Shown here piece by piece: positions 1 to 9,759 of a stretch of DNA of 64,000 nt. The DNA lies in assembly GCA_964627305.1 (NCBI GenBank), contig CAZVHP010000001.1:269792-333791 (forward strand), given 5' to 3'. Each line of letters opens with the position of its first letter. The first letter of the stretch is position 1. The notes under the pieces were generated by a model. That model was not told the DNA's origin. It searched no databases and saw only the letters and a list, made by a program, of their open reading frames with translations. Made by a program: the position numbers and the translations under genes. This stretch comes from an uncultured Ignavibacteriales bacterium. Its GTDB lineage: Bacteria > Zixibacteria > MSB-5A5 > GN15 > FEB-12.

Positions 1-677
1 CCCAGATGACCACAGTCGGGCCCGGCAAGGAGCTCTCCGATGTTGTCGGGCCACTCGGCATTCCCTCGCATGTCGAGAACTGGGGGACCGCCTGCGTTAT
101 TGGCGGCGGTATCGGGATTGCCCCCATCTACCCGATTGCCCAGGCCTACAAGCAGGCCGGTAACGAAGTCATTACCATCATCGGTGCTCGCAATAAGGAG
201 ACTATCTTCTATGAGCAAGAGCACCGGGCTGTTGCCAATGAACTCCATGTCTGTACCGACGACGGCTCTTATGGGCATCATGGTTTTGTCTCGGATGTCC
301 TGAAGAAGCTGGTCGAGCAGGACAAACGACAGGTTGACATGGTTATGGCCATCGGTCCAGTGCCCATGATGAAAGTCGTCTCCAATCTGACCAGGGGTTT
401 TGACCCGCCGATTCCCACCTGGGTGTCGCTTAACCCGCTGATGATTGACGGCACCGGGATGTGTGGCGGCTGCCGTGTCTCGCTGGGCGGCGAGACGAAA
501 TTCGCCTGCGTCGACGGGCCTGATTTTGACGGTCACAAGGTGGATTTCGATCTGCTCACAGCGCGTCTGGGTGCGTATAAGGAGCAGGAGCAGGAAGCCA
601 TGAAGCGCTTCCTGGCCAATCCGGGGTGCAAGCTGGCCGATGCGGTCAGGAATTTCTCCTATCCCAGCTCAAAATGA
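1..677 (+). CDS. nfnA: NfnA/SudB-like FAD/[2Fe-2S] electron-transfer subunit (ferredoxin-NADP+ reductase family); 5' end cut by window edge
   Basis: Frame is open to the window edge. Translation shows VVGPLGIPS, GGGIGIAPIYPIA and a C-terminal MCGGCRV...FACVDGP cluster motif. A GltD-like partner gene follows 43 nt downstream. Confidence 0.75.
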   Translation, partial: QMTTVGPGKELSDVVGPLGIPSHVENWGTACVIGGGIGIAPIYPIAQAYKQAGNEVITIIGARNKETIFYEQEHRAVANELHVCTDDGSYGHHGFVSDVLKKLVEQDKRQVDMVMAIGPVPMMKVVSNLTRGFDPPIPTWVSLNPLMIDGTGMCGGCRVSLGGETKFACVDGPDFDGHKVDFDLLTARLGAYKEQEQEAMKRFLANPGCKLADAVRNFSYPSSK

Positions 678-719
678 CAACGAGGAATGACCACCGCCGG
701 TTGACAGCGATGTCTATGT

Positions 720-2174
720 TTGAATGAGAGGAAGAGTACTGTGGCTGAGAAGTTGAAACCCAAAGAGCGCATGAAGATTCCGCGGGTCAGCATGCCGGAG
801 CAGAAACCAGAGGATCGTGTCAGGAACTTCCGGGAGGTCCCCTTCGGCCTGACCGAGGAACTCGCCAAACAGGAGGCGGCCCGTTGTCTGGATTGCCCCA
901 AGGCCCCCTGCATCAAGGGGTGCCCCGTTGAGGTTGATATTCCGGCCTTCATCAACCTTGTCTATGAAGGCAAATACGCTGAGGCCGCGCGCAAGATCAA
1001 GGAAACCAACTCTCTGCCGGCAGTGTGCGGACGCGTTTGCCCCCAGGAAGAGCAGTGCGAGATGGTCTGTATTACCGGCAAGAAGTTCAAGCCTGTGGCC
1101 ATTGGCCACCTGGAGCGGTTTGTTGCCGACTATGAGCGCGACAACGGCCTGGTGGAAATCCCTGCCGTCGCACCTCCGACCGGTCGCAAAGTGGCCATTG
1201 TCGGCTCCGGCCCGGCCGGGCTCACCGTGGCCGGCGACCTGGTGAAACTGGGCCATGACGTAACCATCTTCGAGGCACTTCATAAGCCCGGCGGCGTGCT
1301 GGTGTACGGCATCCCGGAGTTTCGCCTGCCGAAAGACATCGTGCAGGCCGAGTGCGATTTCCTGCGCGATATGGGGGTGAAGTTCCAGAACTCCACAGTG
1401 GTCGGCAAAATGGATACAATCGACGAGCTGTTCGAAATGGGTTACGATGCCGTCTTCATCGGTACCGGTGCCGGTCTGCCCAATTTCATGGGTGTCGAGG
1501 GAGAGAATCTTATCGGTATTTACTCCGCCAACGAGTATCTGACACGATCCAATCTGATGCGCGCCTATGACTTCCCGAACAACGATACTCCCATTATCCA
1601 GGGCCGCAATGTCGCCGTTCTCGGCGGCGGCAATACCGCTATGGATGCGGTTCGCACTGCCCTGCGTCTGGGTGCCGAGAATGGTTACATCGTCTATCGT
1701 CGCTCCGAGGCCGAAATGCCGGCCCGTGCCGAGGAGATCCACCACGCGATGGAAGAAGGAGTGCAATTCCACCTGCTGACTAACCCGGTCAGGTTCATCG
1801 GCGATGACAATGGCAAGGTAAAGGCGATGGAGTGCATCAGCATGCAGTTAGGTGAGCCGGATGCCTCCGGTCGCCGCCGCCCTATACCGATCGAGGGCTC
1901 CAATTTCATCATGGAGGTCGATCTGGTCGTCGTGGCTATCGGCAACTCCTCCAACCCGCTCATTCCGCAGACAACCCCCGGTCTGCAGACAAACAAATGG
2001 GGTAATATCACTGTAGATGAGGAGACGATGCAGACCTCACGCGAGGGCGTGTACGCCGGCGGCGATATTGTCACCGGCGGTGCCACCGTCATCCTCGCGG
2101 CTGGAGCCGGCAAGAAAGCGGCCCGCGCCATGCATGCTTTCCTGATGGAGAAGGTACAGAAACAGCCCGTCTGA
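720..2174 (+). CDS. nfnB: NfnB/GltD-like NAD(P)H oxidoreductase (glutamate synthase small-chain family) with N-terminal Fe-S region
   Basis: 484-aa ORF with CLDCPKAPC and CGRVCPQEEQCE Cys motifs, VAIVGSGPAGL and VLGGGNTAMD dinucleotide folds, and GEPDASGRRRP. The TTG start at 720 is uncertain; ATG 771 is an alternative. Confidence 0.85.
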   Translation: MNERKSTVAEKLKPKERMKIPRVSMPEQKPEDRVRNFREVPFGLTEELAKQEAARCLDCPKAPCIKGCPVEVDIPAFINLVYEGKYAEAARKIKETNSLPAVCGRVCPQEEQCEMVCITGKKFKPVAIGHLERFVADYERDNGLVEIPAVAPPTGRKVAIVGSGPAGLTVAGDLVKLGHDVTIFEALHKPGGVLVYGIPEFRLPKDIVQAECDFLRDMGVKFQNSTVVGKMDTIDELFEMGYDAVFIGTGAGLPNFMGVEGENLIGIYSANEYLTRSNLMRAYDFPNNDTPIIQGRNVAVLGGGNTAMDAVRTALRLGAENGYIVYRRSEAEMPARAEEIHHAMEEGVQFHLLTNPVRFIGDDNGKVKAMECISMQLGEPDASGRRRPIPIEGSNFIMEVDLVVVAIGNSSNPLIPQTTPGLQTNKWGNITVDEETMQTSREGVYAGGDIVTGGATVILAAGAGKKAARAMHAFLMEKVQKQPV

Positions 2175-2200
2175 TTCCACTGTACCGGTCGAGTAACACA

Positions 2201-2235
2201 GGCGGGTGCTGTTGGTGCCCGCCTTTCTTGTTGTG
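2201..2235 (+). terminator. Rho-independent terminator after nfnB
   Basis: GGCGGGTGC-TGTTG-GTGCCCGCC stem (two G-U pairs) followed by TTTCTTGTTGT. It overlaps the ORF-track start of the next gene, arguing for a later queG start. Confidence 0.65.
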
Positions 2236-2269
2236 TATTCCTGCCACGCGTGGCAGATTCGAAGTAATT

Positions 2270-3235
2270 GTGTTGAATTCCTCAATCGTCAAGGACCTCG
2301 CCCGCTCCTGCGGGTTCGACCTGTGCGGTGTCACGTCCCCCGACGTGATTCCAGACGCGGTCAGGCGCTTCGACCGCTGGCTGGCTGCCGGCAATCACGC
2401 CACCATGGACTGGCTGGCGACCAGTCGCGATCGGCGGTCCGACCCGCGGAAACTCCTCTCGTGCGCCCGGTCGGTCATCATGCTCGGTGTGAACTACTAC
2501 CAGCCTGATTCAAAGGCAGTACCCGAAGGCTCCGGCCGGGTTTCCCGTTACGCGCGCGGGAGAGACTACCACAAGGTGCTTGGCCGTATGATCAAACACC
2601 TGATTCACAAGCTTCGAAAGGCGCCGGGTGCGAACACCGAGCATGACTTCTATTGGTGGGTGGACTACGGCGCTTTCTTCGAGCGCGAGTATGCCCGCGC
2701 CGCCGGGCTGGGGTATATCGGGAAGAATACGATGCTCATAAATCGGGATTTCGGCTCATGGCTCTTCCTCGCTGAAATCCTGACCTCGGTTGAGCTGGAT
2801 GTTGACGATCCTGATGCGGTCGACCATGGTGCCTGCGGTGAGTGTACGCTCTGTATCGATGCCTGTCCGACCGAGGCTATCAGCGAGGATACGGGGGTCG
2901 ACAGCCGACGGTGCATATCGTATCTCACGATCGAACGCCCGCCGCAAATCCCGCCGGAGCTAGCCCAGCATATGGACAGCATGATCTTCGGTTGTGACGT
3001 CTGTCAGGAGGTCTGTCCGCACTCGCAACGCAGCCAATTGACCAGCATCCGGGAGTTCCTGCCCGAGGCGGGGGTCGGGGAACTCCTCGACTGCCGGGCT
3101 GTCCTGAATATGACCGCAGCCGAGCAGTTTCTCACTCTGACAGCCGGTACACCACTGACCAGACCGCGACTGGACAATCTGCAGCGTAATGCCCGTATTG
3201 TTCTGAGCAATCAGCGGCGTGGTAAGGATATCTGA
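2270..3235 (+). CDS. queG: Epoxyqueuosine reductase QueG
   Basis: Motifs GRVSRYARGRDYHKVL, CGECTLCIDACPTEAI, RCISYLTIE and GCDVCQEVCPHS. Start moved to GTG 2270 because the track start 2228 lies inside the nfnB terminator; the exact start is uncertain. Confidence 0.85.
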   Translation: MLNSSIVKDLARSCGFDLCGVTSPDVIPDAVRRFDRWLAAGNHATMDWLATSRDRRSDPRKLLSCARSVIMLGVNYYQPDSKAVPEGSGRVSRYARGRDYHKVLGRMIKHLIHKLRKAPGANTEHDFYWWVDYGAFFEREYARAAGLGYIGKNTMLINRDFGSWLFLAEILTSVELDVDDPDAVDHGACGECTLCIDACPTEAISEDTGVDSRRCISYLTIERPPQIPPELAQHMDSMIFGCDVCQEVCPHSQRSQLTSIREFLPEAGVGELLDCRAVLNMTAAEQFLTLTAGTPLTRPRLDNLQRNARIVLSNQRRGKDI

Positions 3236-3354
3236 GGAATGTGGTTGCGCTTAGGCATTGTACACCATAGCTTGATTAACGCCATGCACGTTGTCAATCA
3301 GGTCGCATATTCCGCAAACAGCCGGGTTAAGGCAACCGGGGAGGGCACACAAGC

Positions 3355-4011
3355 ATGGCAATGATCGCACCCTCGGTGCTCGGCGCCGACTTCGCCCGCC
3401 TCGGTGAGGAGGTTGCCTCGGCTGATGCCGCCGGCGTCGACTGGCTCCACCTGGACATTATGGATGGGCACTTCGTACCGAATATCTCTTTCGGTCCCGG
3501 TATCGTCGGGACGATTGACCGGCTTTCGGACACCTTCCTTGACGCGCACCTGATGCTCGCCGAGCCGGAGAAGTACTTCGAGGCCTTCATCAAAGCCGGT
3601 GCCGATTGCATAACATTCCATGTGGAGGTGCACCCCGATCCGGCGCCCCTTGCCGACCAGCTCCATGCTATGGGCGTACAGGCCGGAATCTCAGTCAATC
3701 CCGATCGGGGGGCAGACAGTGTCATCCCGCACCTGCAGCATGTCGATCTGCTGCTGGTGATGTCGGTCTTTCCGGGTTTCGGGGGGCAGTCGTTTGTTGA
3801 ATCGAGCCTCGACACCGTGCGTGAGGCCCGTCGGCACATTGACCGCAGCGGACTTGAGACGTTGATCGCGGTCGATGGAGGAGTTGATGCCTCCAACGCT
3901 GCCAAAGTCGTACGCGCCGGCGCCGACGTGTTGGTGATGGGAACGGCCTTCTTCCGGTCTGAGGATCGTGCCGGTCTGGCCCGGATGGTGCAGCAACTGA
4001 GGCGGGAGTAG
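3355..4011 (+). CDS. rpe: Ribulose-phosphate 3-epimerase
   Basis: APSVLGADFARLGEEV, HLDIMDGHFVPNISFGP and MSVFPGFGGQSF are typical Rpe motifs. Confidence 0.93.
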   Translation: MAMIAPSVLGADFARLGEEVASADAAGVDWLHLDIMDGHFVPNISFGPGIVGTIDRLSDTFLDAHLMLAEPEKYFEAFIKAGADCITFHVEVHPDPAPLADQLHAMGVQAGISVNPDRGADSVIPHLQHVDLLLVMSVFPGFGGQSFVESSLDTVREARRHIDRSGLETLIAVDGGVDASNAAKVVRAGADVLVMGTAFFRSEDRAGLARMVQQLRRE

Positions 4012-4014
4012 TCG

Positions 4015-4983
4015 ATGCTGGCAGGTTACATCACAGCCACAACCGTCCAATTGGCGCGGGTTACGCTTCGCAGCGGCAAGGTGCAATTTGCGGATCGTCA
4101 GACGTTCCAGAACCACGATTTCGACCAGTTCGCCGAGCTTCTGCATCGCTATCTTGACAGGACGGAATCAACGCCTGCGGTGGCCTGCTTCGGCGTCGCG
4201 GGAACTGTAATCAACAACGAGGTGCTTCAGGGGACATTCCCATGGACACTGAGTGCCCGGCAGATCGAACGCGAGTTTGCGCTCAAGAGCGTTAGGCTCC
4301 TGAATGACCTGGTGGCAACTGCCAAGGGCATGTTCGAGCTATCGGACGACAAATTCTACACGATCAAGCCCGGGCACACCGACAGAACCGGCAATATCGG
4401 TCTTCTCGCAGCGGGGTCGGGGCTGGGTCAGGCACTCATTGTCTTTGATGAGCAGCGCTATGTGGTCACGCCAAGCGAGGGGGGGCACTCCCTGTTCGCT
4501 CCGGCGGCGCCTATGGAAACCGAATTGCTGGAGTACCTTTCGGCAGAGCAACCGTATGTTGAGGTCGAGGATGTCGTCAGCACCCGCGGTCTGGAGTCGA
4601 TCTATAAGTTTCTGACCTTCCGACGTGGCGAACAGCCTGCTGTGTGGTTTGACCGCTCACCTCAGCCGTACACTGCTGTCATTGAGCACGCTCTGGCCGG
4701 CAGTGATGAAGTCGCTGTTGCGGCGCTTGATATGTTCATTGACTGCTTTGCCTCCGAGGCGGCCAACCTCGCGCTCAAGGGCATCACCCTGGGCGGGTTG
4801 CATCTGGGCGGTTTGATCGCCCCGCAGATTGCCACTGCCCTGGACCAGGGACGCTTCGTGAGTCGGTTCGTGCGCCCCGGCCGTATGCGTTCGATTCTCA
4901 AGGAGATGCCGGTGGTGGTCATCATGGACCCCGGCACGGCCCTGCTCGGTGCTGCCTGTGAAGTCCTGGGACTGCGCAAATGA
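4015..4983 (+). CDS. glk: Glucokinase-family (Glk/ASKHA) protein with degenerate N-terminal phosphate-binding motif
   Basis: Glk-like stretches ACFGVAGTVINNEV, PWTLSARQIEREF and LLNDLVATAKGM. The N terminus reads LAGYITATTVQLA where Glk has GDxGGTNxRLA. Confidence 0.65.
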   Translation: MLAGYITATTVQLARVTLRSGKVQFADRQTFQNHDFDQFAELLHRYLDRTESTPAVACFGVAGTVINNEVLQGTFPWTLSARQIEREFALKSVRLLNDLVATAKGMFELSDDKFYTIKPGHTDRTGNIGLLAAGSGLGQALIVFDEQRYVVTPSEGGHSLFAPAAPMETELLEYLSAEQPYVEVEDVVSTRGLESIYKFLTFRRGEQPAVWFDRSPQPYTAVIEHALAGSDEVAVAALDMFIDCFASEAANLALKGITLGGLHLGGLIAPQIATALDQGRFVSRFVRPGRMRSILKEMPVVVIMDPGTALLGAACEVLGLRK

Positions 4984-5633
4984 CAGCCGCAGTGCTATAC
5001 CTGCACGGTCGATATCCTGCCCGCTACCACAGCTTCTACCGCTCCTTAGCCAGGGGACGTTCGGTGATCGCCGTCGATGGCGGTTACAGCTTCGTGCGCA
5101 AGGCCGGCCTTGGTCCGGCGGTAATAATCGGAGACTTCGATTCCTTGAGACATCCGCCCCGGAACCTGCCGGCATCCGTCAAGGTCATCACTCATCCGGT
5201 GCACAAAGACCAGACCGACGCCGAGCTGGCCGTGCGCCTGTGCCTGGAGTCGGGTGTCAACGATCTCGTCATGGTATGTCCATCAAGCACCGAGATAGAC
5301 CACTTTCTCGGGGCCGTCGGACTGCTGGAGATCATTGCACGCAGCCGGCGACCGATGCGCGCTCGCCTGATCAACCATGGCTACCTCTTCGAGGTGATGC
5401 GCGACCAGAGTGTGAGCATACTTCACCGCAAGGGGGAAGTCCTGTCGGTCTTCCCGGTGTCCCGCCGGATCACACTATCTACTTCCGGCACGCGGTACCG
5501 AGCCGACAGCGTGACCGTCAACCGCGGAGAATCACTTGCCCTGCGCAACCTGATCACCGCCAACCGGGCCAGGGTGGCCGTCAGGGGGACGGCCCTGCTG
5601 TATTACACGCACCCCGCGGAAAATCTTCACTGA
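4980..5633 (+). CDS. thiN: Thiamine pyrophosphokinase
   Basis: 217-aa ORF overlapping the glk stop (ATGA). It has the VIIGDFDS motif and KDQTDAELA typical of TPK. Confidence 0.75.
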   Translation: MTAAVLYLHGRYPARYHSFYRSLARGRSVIAVDGGYSFVRKAGLGPAVIIGDFDSLRHPPRNLPASVKVITHPVHKDQTDAELAVRLCLESGVNDLVMVCPSSTEIDHFLGAVGLLEIIARSRRPMRARLINHGYLFEVMRDQSVSILHRKGEVLSVFPVSRRITLSTSGTRYRADSVTVNRGESLALRNLITANRARVAVRGTALLYYTHPAENLH

Positions 5634-5648
5634 GGCCAAAGCCGGCCC

Positions 5649-5676
5649 TTGACATGAAGACTGGAATATATATACT
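5649..5676 (+). promoter_or_regulatory. Sigma70-like promoter upstream of tRNA-Gln
   Basis: TTGACA (5649-5654), 16-nt spacer, TATACT (5671-5676), about 65 nt upstream of the tRNA. Confidence 0.5.
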
Positions 5677-5740
5677 TGTTGCACTCAGGACTACGGTGGT
5701 TGAAGCTTCACGCCAAACCTGCCGATAGTCACATGTACAC

Positions 5741-5811
5741 TGGGAGATCGTCCAATGGTAGGACATGCGGCTCTGGACCGTAGAATCGGGGTTCGAATCC
5801 CTGTCTCCCAG
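5741..5811 (+). tRNA. tRNA-Gln (anticodon CUG)
   Basis: Manual cloverleaf: acceptor TGGGAGA/TCTCCCA, D arm GTCC-AATGGTA-GGAC, anticodon arm TGCGG-CTCTGGA-CCGTA (U33, anticodon CTG, purine 37), variable GAAT, T arm CGGGG-TTCGAAT-CCCTG, discriminator G. CCA is not encoded. Confidence 0.9.
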
Positions 5812-5988
5812 CTTCTCATTTGCGGGAACGGCTGGTAGCGTTCCGCTCACTCCCCTGAGTCGTTTCTCTTTGGGGCTAAGAGACTTAACCGGACTTGGTT
5901 AATCCTGTATGGCCGGGAACAAGATTCCACGCCGACCGTTTGTGTAGTAACGAAACATCCCGCAAGGGACAGCGAAAGGTATACCGTA

Positions 5989-6879
5989 ATGACCATAGCC
6001 ATCACCACGCCGACTGGCAATATCGGTCGCAAACTCGTTACCCTGTTGCTCGATGATGGGTCGCACGAGCTGGTTCTTCTTGCCCGCCACCCTGAAAAGC
6101 TTGCCGAAGAGCAAGGTCGCGGAGCCAGGGTGGTCGCGTGTGATCTTGCTGATCCAGCGCAGGTGGTCCGGGCTACAGAGGGTGTCGACTCCCTGTTTTG
6201 GGTCAACCCGCCCGATATGCGCGCCGAAGACTACACGGCCTACTACACCGGGCTTGCCCGTAATGCCACCGAAGCCGTTAGAGCTAATGGCATTCACAAT
6301 GTGGTGCTCATATCTTCAGTTGGTGCCCATCTGGGGCAGGGGGTCGGTCCGGTCAATGCGCTCAGACAGGTTGAGGAGATCCTCAGTGAGGCAGCTGACA
6401 ATCTGACCATCCTCCGTCCGACGTTCTTCATGGAGAACTTCCTTGTATCGGCTGCGGCAATCGCTGAACACAACCATGTGTTTCTGCCGGTGAAGGCGGA
6501 GACACGGCTCTCGATGGTGGCCACAGAGGATATCGCGCGGGCTGCCGCCAGTGCCCTGACACAACCGGCCGAGGGAATCCGCATCCGACCGATACACGGA
6601 CCAAAGGACTATAGTTTCGGTGAGGCCGCCGAGATTATTGGAGAAGTTCTTGGCCAAGACGTCAAGCTCGTCACCATTACTCCCGACCAGGCCATCGAGG
6701 CGCTGACGACAATGGGAGCCACGCGACACGTTGCCGAGACGATGGTGGAGTTGTACCGTGCTCTCGACAGCGGCCATCTTAAGGACGATCATCCCCGCAC
6801 AGAGCAAACCACGACCCCGACAACGTTCGAGGATTTCTGTGAGCGGATGCTGGTCCCAACCCTGAGATCGCGGCAGTAA
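5989..6879 (+). CDS. NmrA-family NAD(P)-binding protein
   Basis: N-terminal Rossmann stretch IAITTPTGNIGRKLVTLLL and overall NmrA-like length and layout. Confidence 0.7.
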   Translation: MTIAITTPTGNIGRKLVTLLLDDGSHELVLLARHPEKLAEEQGRGARVVACDLADPAQVVRATEGVDSLFWVNPPDMRAEDYTAYYTGLARNATEAVRANGIHNVVLISSVGAHLGQGVGPVNALRQVEEILSEAADNLTILRPTFFMENFLVSAAAIAEHNHVFLPVKAETRLSMVATEDIARAAASALTQPAEGIRIRPIHGPKDYSFGEAAEIIGEVLGQDVKLVTITPDQAIEALTTMGATRHVAETMVELYRALDSGHLKDDHPRTEQTTTPTTFEDFCERMLVPTLRSRQ

Positions 6880-7056
6880 CGGACTGCATGTGACACTGCC
6901 GGATGTTGCGGTCGGCAATGGTTCGATGCGGCGCCGTTACCTGGGAAACCATGCCATCGAGTCGATATGGTTATCAGGGAAAGCACGCAGACCGACACCG
7001 CGACAGCAGGCTGCGGGACCCACAAACGAATGACCAGGCGCAAGGAAAGGGCATCT

Positions 7057-9744
7057 ATGGCCGAGAAGCATGACACAGACCATGCCCGCGAGATTGAATT
7101 TGAGAACAGAGAATGGCTTGAATCTCTCGATTACGTCTACAAGAGTCAGGGGCCAGAGCGAGTCAGGGAGCTGCTGCGTCGTCTTCAGATACGCGCCCAG
7201 CAGCAGGGCATCGCCACCTCCTTCACCGCCAACACCCCGTACATCAACACCATTCCCGTTGAGCGGCAACCAGCTTTCCCCGGCAGTCGGGAGATAGAAC
7301 GACGTATCAAGAGCATCGTCAGGTGGAACGCGATGGTGATGGTGGTGCGGGCCAACCAGGTGTCCGATGGCATCGGCGGCCACATCTCCACCTATGCTTC
7401 GGCCGCGACGCTGTATGAGGTTGGATTCAACCATTTCTTCCGTGCACGCAGCCAGAAACATCCCGGCGACCTTGTATACTTCCAGGGGCATGCTTCGCCG
7501 GGCATCTATGCCCGCGCCTACCTGGAGGGACGCCTCTCAGAGCAGCAACTGGTTAACTTCCGGCGTGAACTGCACCCGAAGGGGGGGCTGTCCTCTTATC
7601 CGCACCCGCGCCTGATGCCTGAATTCTGGGAATTCCCCACCGTCTCGATGGGTCTTTCACCGATCATGGCTATCTACCAGGCGCGGTTCAATCGCTACCT
7701 GCATGATCGCGGTATCAGGGACACGTCAGACCAGAAGGTGTGGGCCTTCCTTGGCGACGGAGAGACTGACGAGCCGGAAACACTCGGTGCCATCACCCTC
7801 GGCTCTCGCGAGAGGCTCGACAACCTCATCTTCGTCGTAAACTGCAATCTGCAGCGGCTCGATGGCCCGGTTCGTGGTAATGGCAAGATTATTCAGGAAC
7901 TGGAGGCCGCGTTCCGGGGGGCCGGGTGGAACGTCATCAAGGTCATCTGGGGATCCGACTGGGACCCGTTGCTGGCCGCCGACAACGAATCAGTGCTGGT
8001 GCGTCGCATGGAGGAGGTTCCCGATGGCCAGTACCAGAAGTACACTGTCTCCGGCGGCGACTTCATCCGCAAGGACTTTTTCGGCGCTGATCCGCGCCTG
8101 CAGGAGCTGGTTAAGTCGTATTCCGATGAGCAACTCGCCAGGTTGCGGCGCGGCGGGCACGACCCGCACAAGGTCTATGCTGCCTACAAGGCGGCTGTCA
8201 ACCACAAGGGTGCTCCTACCGTTATTCTGGCCAAGACGATCAAGGGTTACGGTCTTGGTGAGGCCGGCGAAGGACGCAACGTCACCCACCAGCAGAAGAA
8301 ACTCAACGAAGAGGAACTCCGCGCCTTCCGCAGCCGTTTCGGCATCCCGCTGTCCGACAAAGAAGTAGAGAAGACACCATTCTACCGACCGGCCAAAGAC
8401 AGCGAGGAGATGAAATACCTTAAGGAACGACGCCAGGAGCTTGGTGGCTATCTACCCCGACGTATGGTCACAGTGCCACCGCTCAATCCCCCCAGAGAAG
8501 GCCTGTTCACCGAATTCGATGAGGGCAGTGGTGACCGTCAGGTAGCTACTACCATGTCCTTTGTCTATTTGCTTTCGAAGTTGCTGTCCGATGACGATCT
8601 GGGAAAACTGATCGTGCCGATTGTCCCCGATGAAGCTCGCACGTTCGGTATGGAATCGCTCTTCAGAAAGGTCGGAATCTACTCCCACGTGGGCCAAATC
8701 TACGAACCCGTCGACAAGAAGAGCCTGCTGTACTATCGCGAAGCACGTGATGGTCAGATTCTCGAAGAAGGAATCACCGAGGCCGGCTCCATGTCGTCAT
8801 TCATCGCGGCCGGGAGTGCCTATGCCACCCACGCGCGCAACATTATCCCGTTTTTCATCTTCTATTCGATGTTTGGCTTCCAGCGCATCGGTGATCTGAT
8901 CTGGGCCGCCGGTGATATGCAGGTGCGCGGCTTCCTCGTCGGCGGAACGGCCGGCAGAACCACCCTTGCCGGCGAAGGGCTGCAGCATCAGGATGGTCAC
9001 AGTCACCAGTTCGCGTATGCCCTGCCAACCCTGCGCGCCTATGATCCCGCCTTTGCCTACGAGATCGCCGCAATCGTCAAGGACGGAATAAGACGGATGT
9101 ATCACGACCAGGAAAACATCCTGTACTACATGACCGTCGAGAACGAGTTCTACCATCAACCACCGAGGCCCAAAGGTGCCGGAATCGAGGAGGGGATCAT
9201 CAATGGTCTGTACAAGTTCTCCGCCTCCGGTGCAAAGAAGACAGACAAGAACAAGATAAACCTGCTCGGTAGTGGCGCTATTCTGAATGAGGCACTCAAG
9301 GCACAGAAGATACTACAGGACGATTACGCCATTCCGGCCGACGTCTTCAGCGCAACCAGCTACAAACAGCTCTATCACGATGCCATCGATGTCGATCGAT
9401 ACAACCGCCTCAACCCGGACAAGAAGCCGCGCGTGCCCTGGGTGTCGAAGGTCCTCGACGGTGAGGGGGACATCTTCGTTGCCGCTTCCGATTACCTGAA
9501 AAACCTTCCCAGCTCTGTCTGCCAGTGGATGCCCAGCAGGGCGGTTTGCCTGGGTACCGACGGATTCGGGCGCTCCGAATCCCGTGAGGCGCTTCGTGAT
9601 TTCTTTGAGGTCGACGCTCGTTACATCGCCTGGGCGGCGCTGGTCGAGCTGTACCGGAAGGACCGCCTCAAACTGCAGACGCTGAAGTCCGCAGGCAAGA
9701 AGCTGGATATCAATCCCGCGAAAGCTAATCCGCTACACGATTAG
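7057..9744 (+). CDS. aceE: Pyruvate dehydrogenase E1 component, homodimeric type
   Basis: About 895-aa ORF with ThDP motif FLGDGETDEPE...NCNLQRLDGPVRGN and an AceE-like N terminus EWLESLDYV. Start set at ATG 7057; the track extension from 6967 looks non-coding. Confidence 0.92.
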   Translation: MAEKHDTDHAREIEFENREWLESLDYVYKSQGPERVRELLRRLQIRAQQQGIATSFTANTPYINTIPVERQPAFPGSREIERRIKSIVRWNAMVMVVRANQVSDGIGGHISTYASAATLYEVGFNHFFRARSQKHPGDLVYFQGHASPGIYARAYLEGRLSEQQLVNFRRELHPKGGLSSYPHPRLMPEFWEFPTVSMGLSPIMAIYQARFNRYLHDRGIRDTSDQKVWAFLGDGETDEPETLGAITLGSRERLDNLIFVVNCNLQRLDGPVRGNGKIIQELEAAFRGAGWNVIKVIWGSDWDPLLAADNESVLVRRMEEVPDGQYQKYTVSGGDFIRKDFFGADPRLQELVKSYSDEQLARLRRGGHDPHKVYAAYKAAVNHKGAPTVILAKTIKGYGLGEAGEGRNVTHQQKKLNEEELRAFRSRFGIPLSDKEVEKTPFYRPAKDSEEMKYLKERRQELGGYLPRRMVTVPPLNPPREGLFTEFDEGSGDRQVATTMSFVYLLSKLLSDDDLGKLIVPIVPDEARTFGMESLFRKVGIYSHVGQIYEPVDKKSLLYYREARDGQILEEGITEAGSMSSFIAAGSAYATHARNIIPFFIFYSMFGFQRIGDLIWAAGDMQVRGFLVGGTAGRTTLAGEGLQHQDGHSHQFAYALPTLRAYDPAFAYEIAAIVKDGIRRMYHDQENILYYMTVENEFYHQPPRPKGAGIEEGIINGLYKFSASGAKKTDKNKINLLGSGAILNEALKAQKILQDDYAIPADVFSATSYKQLYHDAIDVDRYNRLNPDKKPRVPWVSKVLDGEGDIFVAASDYLKNLPSSVCQWMPSRAVCLGTDGFGRSESREALRDFFEVDARYIAWAALVELYRKDRLKLQTLKSAGKKLDINPAKANPLHD

Positions 9745-9759
9745 GATGGATGAGAGTAT

